DNA from: a virus
Reading direction: 5' to 3' (one strand)
IMG/VR virus record: IMGVR_UViG_3300045988_148900
Span: 1-64,000 of that record
Length of the DNA: 64,000 bases
The position numbers and the translations under genes are program-made. The notes under the pieces were generated by a model that had not been told where the DNA came from, ran no database searches, and saw nothing but the letters and a program-made list of their open reading frames with translations. Positions 27,191-38,196 of the stretch are shown here, piece by piece; within the stretch, counting starts at the first letter, position 1, and each line of letters starts with the position of its first letter.

Positions 27191-27412
27191 TTACTTAAGA
27201 AAACGCAAAATCCTATCTGTAACCCGCTGTGACTCCTCTAAGGATAAACACTCCGAATAACCCGGATCAGACTTCACAGATACTGCCATAGCAGCCATAA
27301 CCTCATCCTCATCCGAATATAAAGCTGAGTCAGGAACCAAAAATATGCCCCGACAAGAAGCATTAGCCACATCCTCACAAACAACATCTACAAAAGCAAT
27401 ATCCTTCTTCAT
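27191..27412 (-). CDS. hypothetical acidic protein (about 73 aa)
   Basis: The ATG at 27410-27412 was chosen because the track's GTG start abuts the -7 box. Confidence 0.5.
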   Translation of the reverse strand: MKKDIAFVDVVCEDVANASCRGIFLVPDSALYSDEDEVMAAMAVSVKSDPGYSECLSLEESQRVTDRILRFLK

Positions 27413-27437
27413 AATCACCAAAATTAATAACACACCA

Positions 27438-27469
27438 CAAAGATATGAAAATTAATTTAATTCTCCAAA
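27438..27469 (-). promoter_or_regulatory. Bacteroidota-type promoter (TTTG-N20-TATCTTTG)
   Basis: Minus strand reads TTTGGAGAATTAAATTAATTTTCATATCTTTG. It is near-identical to the 1-55 / 54137-54191 box. Confidence 0.55.
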
Positions 27470-27474
27470 TCTCA

Positions 27475-29139
27475 TCAAAACAATGTACCCTGCGGAGAAG
27501 CAGGAGCATCTGGATGCTTAACCTTCTGAGGCTTCAAGTCATGCCACAACAAAACCCGCTTAGCCATCTTCAAGTGCTCACCATCTGTCATCGCCTTAAC
27601 ATACTCTCTCGGAAAATTAGGAACCTCAAAGGATATACGCTCCTGCATGTAAGTCTTAAAACCAACCAACCGAAGCTTATACTCACTAATGTCACGACCA
27701 TTGCGAAAATACCAAGCATGAAGATTGCCTAAGAACTTGCTCGACCGACGTGTAATACGACCTACAAACTGGATAACCGAAATAGGGACTACCGGAATGT
27801 CAAACAGAATAGCGTTATTCAAAAACGTGAAATTCGCAGACTCTGTAGCCGACCGAGTCATGATTATAAAATAACTCCTAAGAGAACACATCGACTCGGT
27901 AACCTGATTCTTCTTCAAACCAACACGCGACGACTGCTCAACAACAACAATATCCTTCCCGTTAGAATCCTTAATCCCAGAACGACGCAGATGATGAAGC
28001 AGCACATCAACCGTAGTGTAGTAATCCGCGTAAATAAGAGCAGACTCATTACGGCTCGCAATATCACGACACAAGTCAATAAGAGCCTTGACCTTGTTGC
28101 CGCCTTTCGTGCCAAACGTGCCGTCATCATTCAAACACCCATCCGTGACAGCCTGAAGATAGATAAAACGCGACGAATGACGCTCCAAGTCCTTCACAGA
28201 CTTAACATCTCGAGAAAGAATATCATCCCGAGACAAAGCACGCTTCAACCACGACGTGTCATCCTCATCATCCGCCCCCGACAACATAATGCCATTAGCT
28301 ACACGAGCATACAAGTCTGACTCCTCCTCAGACATCGTGTAAGGAACCATATGAACATGAGCCTCAACAGGAGGACTGCCTACAACCAAAACCGACGAAC
28401 AGTAATCCATCAATGCCTTCGGGTCCTTATAGTCAACAATCGTATAGACCTTCTTAAAGGAACCATCCGGATTCCGGCCTATGATCTTAGACTCCATACG
28501 ACAAAACTGATTCTGAAAGCCTCGAATAGAGCGGAAAAAACGTGGATAAACAAAGTTGATGATATGATAAGTGTCAATACAATTCTTCGACAAGATCGTC
28601 GCTGTAATACCCCACAAAGCGTAAGTGTTACGAAGCAAAAGACTCATTGTCGTTGTAAGCTCCGTCTTAGGACTTTTGAATGCATGCGTCTCGTCGCACA
28701 CCGTCAGAATCCGCAACTTTGTCCCCAGCAAATAAAGCTCCCGAAGCAAAGCGTAATCTGTCTTACAATGCGTGTGCTTCCCGTAAAGAACATCCACATC
28801 ACTAATAGCATCCTCGACAGACTGCCCAGACGAAACACGCTTCTTCAACTCATCAATAGACAAACAACGCAAGTTAGTGAACTTCTGAGCATCCTTCAAC
28901 CATATCTCCTTCGTGTAAGCATTGAGAGGCGTAAAAACAACCATCAAATCTACACTATCACGAGACCGAAGATAACTATAAGAATAAAGACACATCAAAG
29001 ACTTACCATTCCCTACAGCGTCCACAAATAAAGCACGACGCTTAGAAATAAGTGAACGACAGCAGTCAACCTGATGCTCCATCAAAGAGCAATTATCCTT
29101 AAGAAACTTACGCATGACAAAAAAAGCTACGTCTGACAT
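27475..29139 (-). CDS. SF2 (SNF2/DEAH-like) helicase
   Basis: Motif I DAVGNGKS, motif II CDETH, motif III GITAT, motif VI QFVGRITR. Confidence 0.75.
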   Translation of the reverse strand: MSDVAFFVMRKFLKDNCSLMEHQVDCCRSLISKRRALFVDAVGNGKSLMCLYSYSYLRSRDSVDLMVVFTPLNAYTKEIWLKDAQKFTNLRCLSIDELKKRVSSGQSVEDAISDVDVLYGKHTHCKTDYALLRELYLLGTKLRILTVCDETHAFKSPKTELTTTMSLLLRNTYALWGITATILSKNCIDTYHIINFVYPRFFRSIRGFQNQFCRMESKIIGRNPDGSFKKVYTIVDYKDPKALMDYCSSVLVVGSPPVEAHVHMVPYTMSEEESDLYARVANGIMLSGADDEDDTSWLKRALSRDDILSRDVKSVKDLERHSSRFIYLQAVTDGCLNDDGTFGTKGGNKVKALIDLCRDIASRNESALIYADYYTTVDVLLHHLRRSGIKDSNGKDIVVVEQSSRVGLKKNQVTESMCSLRSYFIIMTRSATESANFTFLNNAILFDIPVVPISVIQFVGRITRRSSKFLGNLHAWYFRNGRDISEYKLRLVGFKTYMQERISFEVPNFPREYVKAMTDGEHLKMAKRVLLWHDLKPQKVKHPDAPASPQGTLF

Positions 29140-29174
29140 TAACGTAGCTCACACAAAAAAGTTGTAATAACGCC

Positions 29175-29744
29175 CTAAACGTTCCTATATACAATCTCCC
29201 ATGGTAAAGACAAAGTCGTGGCCTTCTCCTTCTTGATGACTTCCGCTGGCATCGTAAACACAAACAAACGCTCATTACCTGTTTCCTTGCCCGGCAAGTA
29301 ATTGAAGGACGGAATACCCGGCAAGTTGCCCTCACTATGACAATCAAGATTGCCACCAAGCAAAAGACCAAAACCACCCACAACACCGTCACCTACAACA
29401 GGAACATCGGCGGTAAGTACAGACGTCACCAAAACAGACGAACCTAAAGTCTTAGACGTGACAGAGTCGACAAACGGCTCCGGACTCCCGACAGCCAACC
29501 CATAACCAACAGCAGTACAATAAACAATATACGACTGAACCTGCTCAAACGTTAAATCAACGGAAGCAGACGACGTAAGCAACTCGCCAATACTACTGTT
29601 GAAGTATAAAACATTAGTCAACTGCTGATACGAGATATTGGTCTCTACTCCTCCCAGTAAACCTATAAGACGATTTATACCCTCTGCGCAAATAACTCCT
29701 ACCTCACCATCCGATAAGGCGGAAACACTACGAACCTGTATCAT
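29175..29744 (-). CDS. hypothetical virion (baseplate or fibre-associated) protein
   Basis: ATGA overlap with the upstream baseplate-module gene. Function inferred from position only. Confidence 0.45.
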   Translation of the reverse strand: MIQVRSVSALSDGEVGVICAEGINRLIGLLGGVETNISYQQLTNVLYFNSSIGELLTSSASVDLTFEQVQSYIVYCTAVGYGLAVGSPEPFVDSVTSKTLGSSVLVTSVLTADVPVVGDGVVGGFGLLLGGNLDCHSEGNLPGIPSFNYLPGKETGNERLFVFTMPAEVIKKEKATTLSLPWEIVYRNV

Positions 29745-31789
29745 GAATCTTCCTTAATTAATGTGAAACCCTCGTTCGACTGAACATAAACAACGGTAGA
29801 ATCCCCACCCTCTTGAACAATGACATTATCTCCGTCGGACGTAACTAATAACTCATTCTCGGAAGTCATGAAGTTCAAATCCTGAGAACCCTCAATCGGA
29901 ACATCAATATGAATCGTAGGCAAAAATACCTTCCCGTCCGCACTCACACGAGCAAACGGACCAACACCACTGCCACTAACAACCCACGCCGAATTGGATA
30001 GAATATCTACAGTAGTAGAGCCCGCCACCGCTCCAACAGAAATAGTCTTAGTAGAAACTCCCGAACCTCCGTCGTCAAACAAAACATAAGGAGATAAATC
30101 CGGTGTGTTAACCACAAAACTCAACTCTACACGAGACGGACGATAGTTGAACTCTACCTGAACCCTAACGCCTATAGGGACCGAAGCCGATAATATATCC
30201 TCAAGACGACGTATAAAAGCATCGCACTCAGATTCCGACGAAGCCAAACCACGGGCCAGAAGCATGGAATAAAACAGAGCCTGCGAACAACCGAAGGACA
30301 AAACAAGACGATCAATGGAACCAGCATTAAGAGATAAATCATAATAATCCTTCGTAATACCATAAGAAATAGACGACGCAGACGTAGCTGAATCCGGAGT
30401 AACAAGAGGAATAGAAACAGGATCGGCATCAGAAACAGGAGTGCCAAAAACAATACCCTCAAAACCAGCATAAGGAAGCAACTCCGACGAATGGTATATT
30501 TGAGGAGGAACACTATAATCAGACGTCAACTTTGCAGACCAGCCTCTACCTGCTGACGAACCACCACCATAACCAACCTTAAAAGAACCACCCGGAGCTG
30601 ACGACGTAGACGCCTCCTCCGAAATAGTAGTCGCCGACGGAGACGCCCACACATATCGAGACGACAGACCCCACGCACTCGACGAAGCAGGATAACCTGC
30701 AAGATAAATGAGCTTCGACCCCGGAGAGTTGTTGCCAACAACCCAAAGCTTCTTGTCGTAACCTACAATACTCCCATACTTGGCGAAAATGGCACGCAAA
30801 GACGCAGACGGAGAATTAGACGATACCACATTATCACCAGTACCCCACAAGTCGTGAACTGCCGACACAAGACTATCCTCAGCAGCCACCAACCCTACAA
30901 GTTCAGAGTAACCACTCCTGGATAAAGGAGCAAAAGAGTTCAAAGCGTCTAAGACCTGACGAAACTCAACCCAAGAATCCCACTCTACGGTAGTCGAACC
31001 TAAGTTAGAACCTGCCACTAAGTAAACCCTAAAAGGACAAAGGGTGTAATCAATCCCAAGACTAAAAAGACGCCGAAATAGAGAAACAGCATAAGGCGAA
31101 GCCCCATACAAACTATTGCCAACGCCTGACGACTGGCGTGCCCCGGAAACGAAAGGCGCATTAACACCATCAGGAACACCAACGAGCTGAAGACCAACAC
31201 AAGACGAGTCCTTCGGAGTCTCGGGAGAAACCAAAGCCTCCGACGAGTCATGGAGATACTCCCACACCCGGACAAAGAAACAACACGGTGTAGTAGCATC
31301 ATACTTAAACAAGTCGGCAGACGTGTCCCAAACGGCGTTCGCAGCGACGAAAGAAGCCCAAGCATCTCCAGCTGTTAAGAGAGCCTCTAAAGTAACTGTA
31401 TCCGGAACAACCCACAAGGAACAAGTCGCATACGACGTAATAACACCAGACGTATCCTTAACATCCTGAAGCATACTCGTGACACGAGCATCCCCAAAGT
31501 CATAATAGGTGGTAGCCCCAAAGGGCATATTAAACCCTAAAAGAGTATAGGCATTCTTATCATCTTCACCATCCTTATGACGATAAACCTGAACGAAAGA
31601 GTTACTACTCTCGAAAAGAGAACCAAACGCCGAAAACAAAAACTCAAAAGGAACACCCCCAGACTGAAGGTAGTGAAGAGCACGAACATCTAACGCCGAA
31701 ACAAGAAGGTCTATATACTCAGACCAGCCCGGATCAACACGAAGCTCATCTATGAAATAACGCCTAAAAGCCTGCCTTACTGAATCCAT
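29741..31789 (-). CDS. baseplate wedge / tail-fibre-proximal protein (gpI-like position)
   Basis: 682-aa S/G/V-rich ORF directly after the gpJ-like gene. Synteny only. Confidence 0.45.
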   Translation of the reverse strand: MDSVRQAFRRYFIDELRVDPGWSEYIDLLVSALDVRALHYLQSGGVPFEFLFSAFGSLFESSNSFVQVYRHKDGEDDKNAYTLLGFNMPFGATTYYDFGDARVTSMLQDVKDTSGVITSYATCSLWVVPDTVTLEALLTAGDAWASFVAANAVWDTSADLFKYDATTPCCFFVRVWEYLHDSSEALVSPETPKDSSCVGLQLVGVPDGVNAPFVSGARQSSGVGNSLYGASPYAVSLFRRLFSLGIDYTLCPFRVYLVAGSNLGSTTVEWDSWVEFRQVLDALNSFAPLSRSGYSELVGLVAAEDSLVSAVHDLWGTGDNVVSSNSPSASLRAIFAKYGSIVGYDKKLWVVGNNSPGSKLIYLAGYPASSSAWGLSSRYVWASPSATTISEEASTSSAPGGSFKVGYGGGSSAGRGWSAKLTSDYSVPPQIYHSSELLPYAGFEGIVFGTPVSDADPVSIPLVTPDSATSASSISYGITKDYYDLSLNAGSIDRLVLSFGCSQALFYSMLLARGLASSESECDAFIRRLEDILSASVPIGVRVQVEFNYRPSRVELSFVVNTPDLSPYVLFDDGGSGVSTKTISVGAVAGSTTVDILSNSAWVVSGSGVGPFARVSADGKVFLPTIHIDVPIEGSQDLNFMTSENELLVTSDGDNVIVQEGGDSTVVYVQSNEGFTLIKEDS

Positions 31790-31804
31790 GAACTAAGACG
31801 AAAT

Positions 31805-34543
31805 TTAACTCTCTACAACAACACTACTCAACAGCGGATATGTAGAACCTCCTGACAAGGTCGAACCAACCTCATACTCAACATAACTACCAGACGAACC
31901 TCCAAGACCGTAAATAATGCCAGTAGAGTAATCAACACTCCCCGCATTCGTCAAAACATAAGAACCCGCCGTAGCCGCCGAAAGAACTCGATAGGACGAC
32001 AAGAAACCACTACCAATGCTCGTATAGGAACCATGCCAGAAAACATACGACGACAACGACGAACCACCACCCGTAGGCGTGCCAACAAGAGTCAAAGACG
32101 TCCCGGAAACATTCACAATCGAATCTGCGTAGGGAGCAGCAAAAGACTCCTCCTTGGAAATGCTATAACGGAACTTGCTAACCGTATCCGAACTAATGAC
32201 AAAGTATACTAACCCCAAGTAACGCTTCGAATCGCGCTCGTAGATCATAACCATGTAAGTGGGATTCACAACACGCATGCTCAAAACATTAACACCCGAC
32301 AAAGAACCCACAGAGTCGCTTCCTGAAATAAGCTCAAGATCCAAAGACTTAGACCACACCGAAACGCCAGCCTCATTCGTAACACCAAGACCCGGAGACG
32401 ACTCATTATGAATCAAGAAACCGGAAAGACTACCCGACGAATCCGACGAAAGAGGCATATACCAAACACCGTCATAGTAAGACGACGCAGACGCAAAGGA
32501 CGACGTCGTATTAGCAAGCATCATAGTCAAGTCCAAGTAATACTCAGAACCAGAACGACGATAGCGAGCTAAACCATACTGAACAGGAGAACTGCTGACA
32601 CTCAACTTATAGCTTATAGAGGCTATAAGAAAATCTGAGTCCGAGCCAGAGCCACTAACCCCCAAAATACTATAAACACTAACCGTCTCGTAAGACTTCA
32701 ACCTAAACAAACCTGACGGATCAGACGACGAAACAGGAGTAATATAAGACGGACGCTCAAACAAGGAATAACGACCCGCATGGAAAATAGATGAATCCCT
32801 ATAAAGACGGAACGAAACATCCTTGTCACTCCTACTCCACAAGGCAAGAAGACCATCCGAATAAGGCGCAAACTGAGCAGACTCCGAAGCAAAAGAAACG
32901 GACGAATCCGAAAGAAGTAAACGACCGTCAAGAAGCGAAACAAGATAACTTACATTATTCCCGCCAAGCCAAACGTAATCACCAACACCTGACGCAACAA
33001 CGCCATCGGAATTCAACAACGACGCAAGCGTACTGCTCAACTCAACATACTCCTTAAAACGACCGTCAGAATCAAAACCAAAAGTCAAACCAGACCGATC
33101 CCGCAAAACAATAGAACCAACAGCAGGCAACGACTGAAGCGTAAAAGAACCCCCCGTATCCTCCGGAACAGACTCCCGAGCATACAACGTAGCAACAATG
33201 CCATTAAGACCCTGAAGCGTAAGCTCCTGCTGAACCAAAGCACTCGAAACACGTGTCGACAACGTCACATTGTCGTAAGAGTAAAGCTGACGCAAGTAAT
33301 TCTGAGCCTGAATCAACGACGACGAACTGTCAGACGTAGACGCCCGAAGAGAAATAATAAAAGGCAACGCTGTAGCTACGGAAACACTATAATGAATGCC
33401 GCTAACGCCATACTGATACAAGTAATCGGATATGAAACCAAAAGCAGTATCACCCTCCGTAACAGGCTTGACATAAACATCTACAGACTGAGGCGAAACA
33501 GACAAATAAGTGCTCTGGACACTCGAAAAGGATAAAACAAAATTACGAATCTGAGTCTCCGTTACCAAACCACTATCCCGAAAAATAGACGAAATAACAT
33601 AGTTCCGAGCATAAGACAAACTCGGAGACTCCCCGTCAACCGAACTCACAACGCGAAAACCAACACCCGACTCGGAACTCGAAAGCTGCTTCAACGACGA
33701 AACGGACGACGAACCCGTAACCTCAATAGACAGACCACTCGTAACCGTGAAACGGGTATAAGTCCCGCGAAGCCAAACTATGCAATAGTCATACTGGCTC
33801 GGCAAAACAGGCTGGGCCCAGTTACTGTCACCAAACAAAACAACACAACTCGAATCCCACAAGCTACGAACCTTGTACAACTTAGCAGACGGATTCGATA
33901 AAGACGCATTGTAACTCGTGTAGGGAAAAACAGGACCATAGTCGGAACCAGACGTCCCTATAGAGCGTGCGAAAACCCAAACACTCGACGACAAAACATC
34001 TGAACCAAGCTTCACGTAACTACTCTGATAACGACCCTCCCGAAGCTCCAAATATAAACGCCACGGACCTCCGTACGCCAAATCGGACGCCGGAAAAGGA
34101 AAAGACGACCGGAAATCAGAACCCGAAATAACATACTGTGGATCGCCCTGATACAAGGCAACCTCACCACTCGTATCGCAATAACCAATATTATAAAACG
34201 ACGAATCGCCTACACGCAAACACAACGAGAACGGCGCAAACGTCTGAGGACTACTGCTCGAGAACCCGGAAAACGATATCTTAACACTCGCAGGACGACT
34301 CAAGTCTACCGGAACCTCATTCGTGTAAGCATACGAAAGCAACTGACGAAGATCATAGCGTGACAAGTCGAGAACCCCATTAACACTATCCGACAAAAGC
34401 TCCGTGGCACTAACAATATTGGCACCCGCCCACAAAAGCTCCTTGCCTACAAGGCTGTCCTTCAACGACGACCACGACGAACCACTCCGAGAGCCTATCA
34501 ACTCAACAAGCGAATCATAAATATCCTCTATATCGCGAGCCAT
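31805..34543 (-). CDS. large baseplate protein (gpJ / T4 gp6-like position)
   Basis: 912-aa Ser-rich ORF directly after the gp25-like gene. Call rests on synteny plus N-terminal resemblance to baseplate J proteins. Confidence 0.5.
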   Translation of the reverse strand: MARDIEDIYDSLVELIGSRSGSSWSSLKDSLVGKELLWAGANIVSATELLSDSVNGVLDLSRYDLRQLLSYAYTNEVPVDLSRPASVKISFSGFSSSSPQTFAPFSLCLRVGDSSFYNIGYCDTSGEVALYQGDPQYVISGSDFRSSFPFPASDLAYGGPWRLYLELREGRYQSSYVKLGSDVLSSSVWVFARSIGTSGSDYGPVFPYTSYNASLSNPSAKLYKVRSLWDSSCVVLFGDSNWAQPVLPSQYDYCIVWLRGTYTRFTVTSGLSIEVTGSSSVSSLKQLSSSESGVGFRVVSSVDGESPSLSYARNYVISSIFRDSGLVTETQIRNFVLSFSSVQSTYLSVSPQSVDVYVKPVTEGDTAFGFISDYLYQYGVSGIHYSVSVATALPFIISLRASTSDSSSSLIQAQNYLRQLYSYDNVTLSTRVSSALVQQELTLQGLNGIVATLYARESVPEDTGGSFTLQSLPAVGSIVLRDRSGLTFGFDSDGRFKEYVELSSTLASLLNSDGVVASGVGDYVWLGGNNVSYLVSLLDGRLLLSDSSVSFASESAQFAPYSDGLLALWSRSDKDVSFRLYRDSSIFHAGRYSLFERPSYITPVSSSDPSGLFRLKSYETVSVYSILGVSGSGSDSDFLIASISYKLSVSSSPVQYGLARYRRSGSEYYLDLTMMLANTTSSFASASSYYDGVWYMPLSSDSSGSLSGFLIHNESSPGLGVTNEAGVSVWSKSLDLELISGSDSVGSLSGVNVLSMRVVNPTYMVMIYERDSKRYLGLVYFVISSDTVSKFRYSISKEESFAAPYADSIVNVSGTSLTLVGTPTGGGSSLSSYVFWHGSYTSIGSGFLSSYRVLSAATAGSYVLTNAGSVDYSTGIIYGLGGSSGSYVEYEVGSTLSGGSTYPLLSSVVVES

Positions 34544-34555
34544 GAAACACCAAGA

Positions 34556-34867
34556 TTAAAAACTACCCAAACTATACTCAAAATCAGACAACGAACCCCG
34601 ATAGGAAACACGAACTATAACCCGATCCCCAGAAACAACGACACTCTCACAAGAACAACCTGAAAGCTGCTCGATAGTCGCACTAATACCCGCCTGAAGC
34701 AAACCACCATCAATAGTATGTGGAGCAACTCGAGAACCCATAGCCGGACTCTGCAAAAAACGACCGTACTCCGTCTTCAATAACAAATAAAGGGTCTGAC
34801 GAAACTCATCATACCCGTAAACAAAACTCAAGTCCCTAACATTCGGAAGATAAGCAGGTATATCCAC
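34556..34867 (-). CDS. baseplate wedge protein, GPW/gp25 family
   Basis: FRQTLYLLLKTEYGRFLQSPAMGSRV matches the gp25 pattern (iL.T..GER...P.fGs). GTG start. Confidence 0.6.
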   Translation of the reverse strand: MDIPAYLPNVRDLSFVYGYDEFRQTLYLLLKTEYGRFLQSPAMGSRVAPHTIDGGLLQAGISATIEQLSGCSCESVVVSGDRVIVRVSYRGSLSDFEYSLGSF

Positions 34868-34883
34868 ACTCTACAAATTTTAT

Positions 34884-34897
34884 GGATATATAATTGC
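34884..34897 (-). promoter_or_regulatory. conserved 14-mer GCAATTATATATCC
   Basis: Exact copy, 16 nt upstream of the GTG at 34867. About 35 nt of context is shared with the 38197 copy. Confidence 0.6.
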
Positions 34898-35058
34898 ATA
34901 ACCCCAAAACAAAACACCCGGAACATAGAAATGTCCGGAACGTAAAAAAATATAGACTACAACGCTAACTCAAACGAACAACAAAGCACTCGCTGAAAGG
35001 CAAACATAGACCAAGACGCAAAGTATTAATGCAGTCTATGTGATAAACAAGCAAAAAA

Positions 35059-35547
35059 CTAAAGAAGACTAATGGCAACACGAGCACCCTCAAGAGACTC
35101 ACTCAGGGTATCAAGACCTGACTTCACGGCAGGCAACTCCTGAATCCCCAAGTCCGACAAAACACCAGTCAAAGACGACAGCAATGAAACACACGTCGAA
35201 ACACCGCCCGACAAACTCGACTTCTGGCTCGACTTAACACCCGAAACCAAACCAGACGCATCAGCAGTACCAGCACCAGTAGAAACTGCAACAACCAAAG
35301 CCGTATTCGTCGGCGTAGTCGACATAGTAAGCATACTCGAAGCACTCTGTGATAAACTCTTCAAACCTTCCTGAATCTGATCGTAATAAACCTGAGCCTC
35401 CGAAAGCTTCCGATTAATAAAAGCACGAGACGCCTCCGTCAAGATAGACTTGATACTATCACGAGAAACTGAATCCTCAATAGCTGAAAGACTCTCCCCG
35501 TACTTAACATCTATACACTCGGCAACGTCAATACCCAAAAAAGCCAT
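35059..35547 (-). CDS. hypothetical helical virion protein (about 162 aa)
   Basis: The ATG at 35545-35547 lies just after the gpV-like stop. Confidence 0.5.
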   Translation of the reverse strand: MAFLGIDVAECIDVKYGESLSAIEDSVSRDSIKSILTEASRAFINRKLSEAQVYYDQIQEGLKSLSQSASSMLTMSTTPTNTALVVAVSTGAGTADASGLVSGVKSSQKSSLSGGVSTCVSLLSSLTGVLSDLGIQELPAVKSGLDTLSESLEGARVAISLL

Positions 35548-35552
35548 AACCC

Positions 35553-36089
35553 CTAATGTAAAAAGTTCTTGTCCTCCAAAAAAGGATCGTCCGTGCCAAG
35601 CCACTTAACTACATTGCTGCCGCTACCTACGACTGCAAGATCCTTGACCAAAGCCTCCACAAGACTACGAATGCGCGCGACGTTAACAACACCTCCATTG
35701 GAACCATCGTGAACCGTAACAACACCACCGTCGCTACGAAAAACAAAACCCGAACTATTCTCAAAGACGAAAACATCGCCCTCCGTGTAAGCAACACTCC
35801 AAGACGAACCGTCCGAACTAACACTCTCCCACAGTAAGCTGAAGCCCGAACCAAAAGAACTACCATGCGTACGCCAACTCCTATCGTGACTACGACCAAG
35901 AACCAAAGGACTATCAACACCGCAACTGATGTCGACAAAGACAATGTCACCCTCATTCAACGCAACATTCCCTACAACGGGTATCCGCAAGCTACGATCC
36001 CATAAACCACTCGAACGCAACGCAACCCTCCCGAAACCAAGAGGATCACTCGACGAACCGCCTACAACCTCTGCCTTAACTAACATCAC
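35553..36089 (-). CDS. baseplate spike protein (gpV / gp5 OB-fold-like)
   Basis: GRVALRS...IPVVGNVALNEGDIVFVDISCGVDSPLVLG fits the gpV pattern. Confidence 0.55.
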   Translation of the reverse strand: MMLVKAEVVGGSSSDPLGFGRVALRSSGLWDRSLRIPVVGNVALNEGDIVFVDISCGVDSPLVLGRSHDRSWRTHGSSFGSGFSLLWESVSSDGSSWSVAYTEGDVFVFENSSGFVFRSDGGVVTVHDGSNGGVVNVARIRSLVEALVKDLAVVGSGSNVVKWLGTDDPFLEDKNFLH

Positions 36090-36095
36090 TAAAAG

Positions 36096-37007
36096 CTAAT
36101 CTACGCGCACAACGTCTAACTCGATATCCTGAACATCTCCACAAAAAGACGAACGATATCCTACACACACAAAATGCTGACCATCCGAACTACCGTCAAG
36201 GTAAGTACAAGAACCACCACAACACAACGTACCGCCAACAAGCTCAACACCCCGAAAAGTAAAACTACGACTCCGCAAGTAACTACGCCAGTAACCATTA
36301 CGACTCCGCCACTGACGATCCAAGCGCAACTCGTCATTCGACAAGTAACTCTTATAAACACCAACCAAACTCCCCGACGACCCAAAGGTCAGATCGACAC
36401 CATCCGAAACACCACCGTCGCCGTCCAAGTACATCCGAAGACGACCCGGAACGTCCGGCTCCGACAAACGACTCGTACTATAACTGTCATTACGACCCCG
36501 GAACCCGAAGCAACTCGGCATACCCCAAGACGCAAGCAAGTCACAATACATAAAGTCCCCACCAACGGTATAATGAAGAGTACTACACCCGCCACCACTG
36601 CAAGCTCCTCCAAGCGTCAACGTCTCGAACAAGTAAGAACCCCTAAGACGCCCGAAGCACCACCAATGACGAACAAGGCTACTCAAACTAGGAAGACTCC
36701 GAAAAGGCAAACCCAAAACGCTACAAACATCCGACAATGTATAGTCTCCGCAAACAGGCTGACGCAACATACCACACATCTTCCAGTAACCCTCCGGATA
36801 ACTCAGATAACGATACGAATTGACGCCCAAGACCTCTACGGAAACAACAACGTACCTACAACCAGTACCACGCCACTCCCAAACGTCGCCTCGAAGAAGA
36901 GTAGACAACTCCATCCAAACCTCGCTGCTGTAACGCCAAACACTCTCCCGGACGCCCCACCGAACAACAGGATACAAAACACCATCGCAATCTACTCGAA
37001 GATCCAT
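36096..37007 (-). CDS. baseplate hub candidate (gpD / Mu gp44-like position)
   Basis: Lies between the LysM gpX-like and gpV-like genes. Sequence evidence is weak. Confidence 0.4.
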   Translation of the reverse strand: MDLRVDCDGVLYPVVRWGVRESVWRYSSEVWMELSTLLRGDVWEWRGTGCRYVVVSVEVLGVNSYRYLSYPEGYWKMCGMLRQPVCGDYTLSDVCSVLGLPFRSLPSLSSLVRHWWCFGRLRGSYLFETLTLGGACSGGGCSTLHYTVGGDFMYCDLLASWGMPSCFGFRGRNDSYSTSRLSEPDVPGRLRMYLDGDGGVSDGVDLTFGSSGSLVGVYKSYLSNDELRLDRQWRSRNGYWRSYLRSRSFTFRGVELVGGTLCCGGSCTYLDGSSDGQHFVCVGYRSSFCGDVQDIELDVVRVD

Positions 37008-37016
37008 GACCAAACA

Positions 37017-37241
37017 CTACGACAACGAATTCATACTAACAACGTCCGGACTCAAATAAACAATACTAACGCCGCCCGGAAGACTAAGCCAGTCAACACG
37101 CGGATTCAAAACCTGAAGGATCCGACGATAGTAACTCGAATCACTACCGTAAAGACGACGGCTCACAAAAAGAAGACTGTCACCCTCACTCGAAACATAC
37201 GTCAAATACCCATAGCTCTGATAAGCCTCCTCGATAGTCAT
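37017..37241 (-). CDS. tail protein X-like LysM-domain protein (74 aa)
   Basis: SEGDSLLFVSRRLYGSDSSYYRRILQVLNPRV...LPGGVSIVYL fits the LysM / gpX pattern. Confidence 0.55.
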   Translation of the reverse strand: MTIEEAYQSYGYLTYVSSEGDSLLFVSRRLYGSDSSYYRRILQVLNPRVDWLSLPGGVSIVYLSPDVVSMNSLS

Positions 37242-37253
37242 AACACCTCAAAC

Positions 37254-38180
37254 TTAAAAACCCGTCATACGACCCGAAAGGCTGTCGAACAACATATCAC
37301 TCGTAGCAACACGAAGAGTCTCAAACGTCAGACTAACCTCCATAACCTGCGGAAAACCACCACTATAATAAAGCTTCGGAATACTAACTCCCAAACTCTT
37401 TATATAAACATTCGACACGAAGCTCCGACCGTAACCAACAGACAATCCACTATTCGTACTCGGATAATAATGAACCTCAACGCCATTAGACAGGGTGCGA
37501 CTATCGGCCCCGACGCCGCGCTTACGACCTCCTGTAACCCAACTAACAATAGGACTCCGAAAAGTGGGAGGAGCATACAAGCTATAAACATCCCCGAAAA
37601 GACCGTTGAAATTCTTGCTAACCCAATCAACAGCGCCCGAAATGCCCCCAGAACCACTATTACCCCTAAGTAAAAAGTCTGCCAAACTATACCAAAAGCT
37701 ATCCTTATGCTTCGCGGCGTCCTTAGCAAAGTCCGACGCAAACTTCGAAACACTCTCCGTAATACTCTTACTCATCTCGTCGCCACGCTGAGGATAAGTG
37801 AGGAAAAACAACCGAAGCAAAGGATCGTAAAAGTCGCTAACAACGTCATCCTCCAAAACCAAGTAACACTTACTACGGAAGCTCAAAGGACTCGTACCCT
37901 GAAACAAAAACTTACGACTATAGTCCACCTGCGGTACAAGACCCCAGCCTATCTGAGCAGCACCTGACAGAAACTTACCAATATTAGTAGAACCAACACC
38001 GCCCGGAATAAGATCCTCGGTCGTAATACCAGCGTCCAAACCAAGACCACCCTCGCTATACATCGAAAACTTCCAAACACCAGCACTACCCATGCTCAAA
38101 CGACCCGCAGGATCGCTACAGCACGTAACATACAACGACAACTTATTTAACTCGCGCAAACGCTGGATGTCCAATGGCAT
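37254..38180 (-). CDS. tail/baseplate assembly protein (308 aa), first gene of the baseplate operon
   Basis: The 14-mer motif lies 16 nt upstream. Function inferred from position. Confidence 0.5.
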   Translation of the reverse strand: MPLDIQRLRELNKLSLYVTCCSDPAGRLSMGSAGVWKFSMYSEGGLGLDAGITTEDLIPGGVGSTNIGKFLSGAAQIGWGLVPQVDYSRKFLFQGTSPLSFRSKCYLVLEDDVVSDFYDPLLRLFFLTYPQRGDEMSKSITESVSKFASDFAKDAAKHKDSFWYSLADFLLRGNSGSGGISGAVDWVSKNFNGLFGDVYSLYAPPTFRSPIVSWVTGGRKRGVGADSRTLSNGVEVHYYPSTNSGLSVGYGRSFVSNVYIKSLGVSIPKLYYSGGFPQVMEVSLTFETLRVATSDMLFDSLSGRMTGF

Positions 38181-38196
38181 GACTAAAACATTTTAT

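Noticed and set aside
36174-37673. Long plus-strand ORFs: 36174-37673 (499 aa), 14587-15339, 10799-11521, 28351-29031, 43013-43648, 45671-46237, 54633-55175 and others.
   Set aside because: They are antisense to well-supported genes and low-complexity (T/K/N/R/P/Q-rich). The T-poor plus strand rarely forms stop codons, which explains them. No promoter or start context supports any of them.
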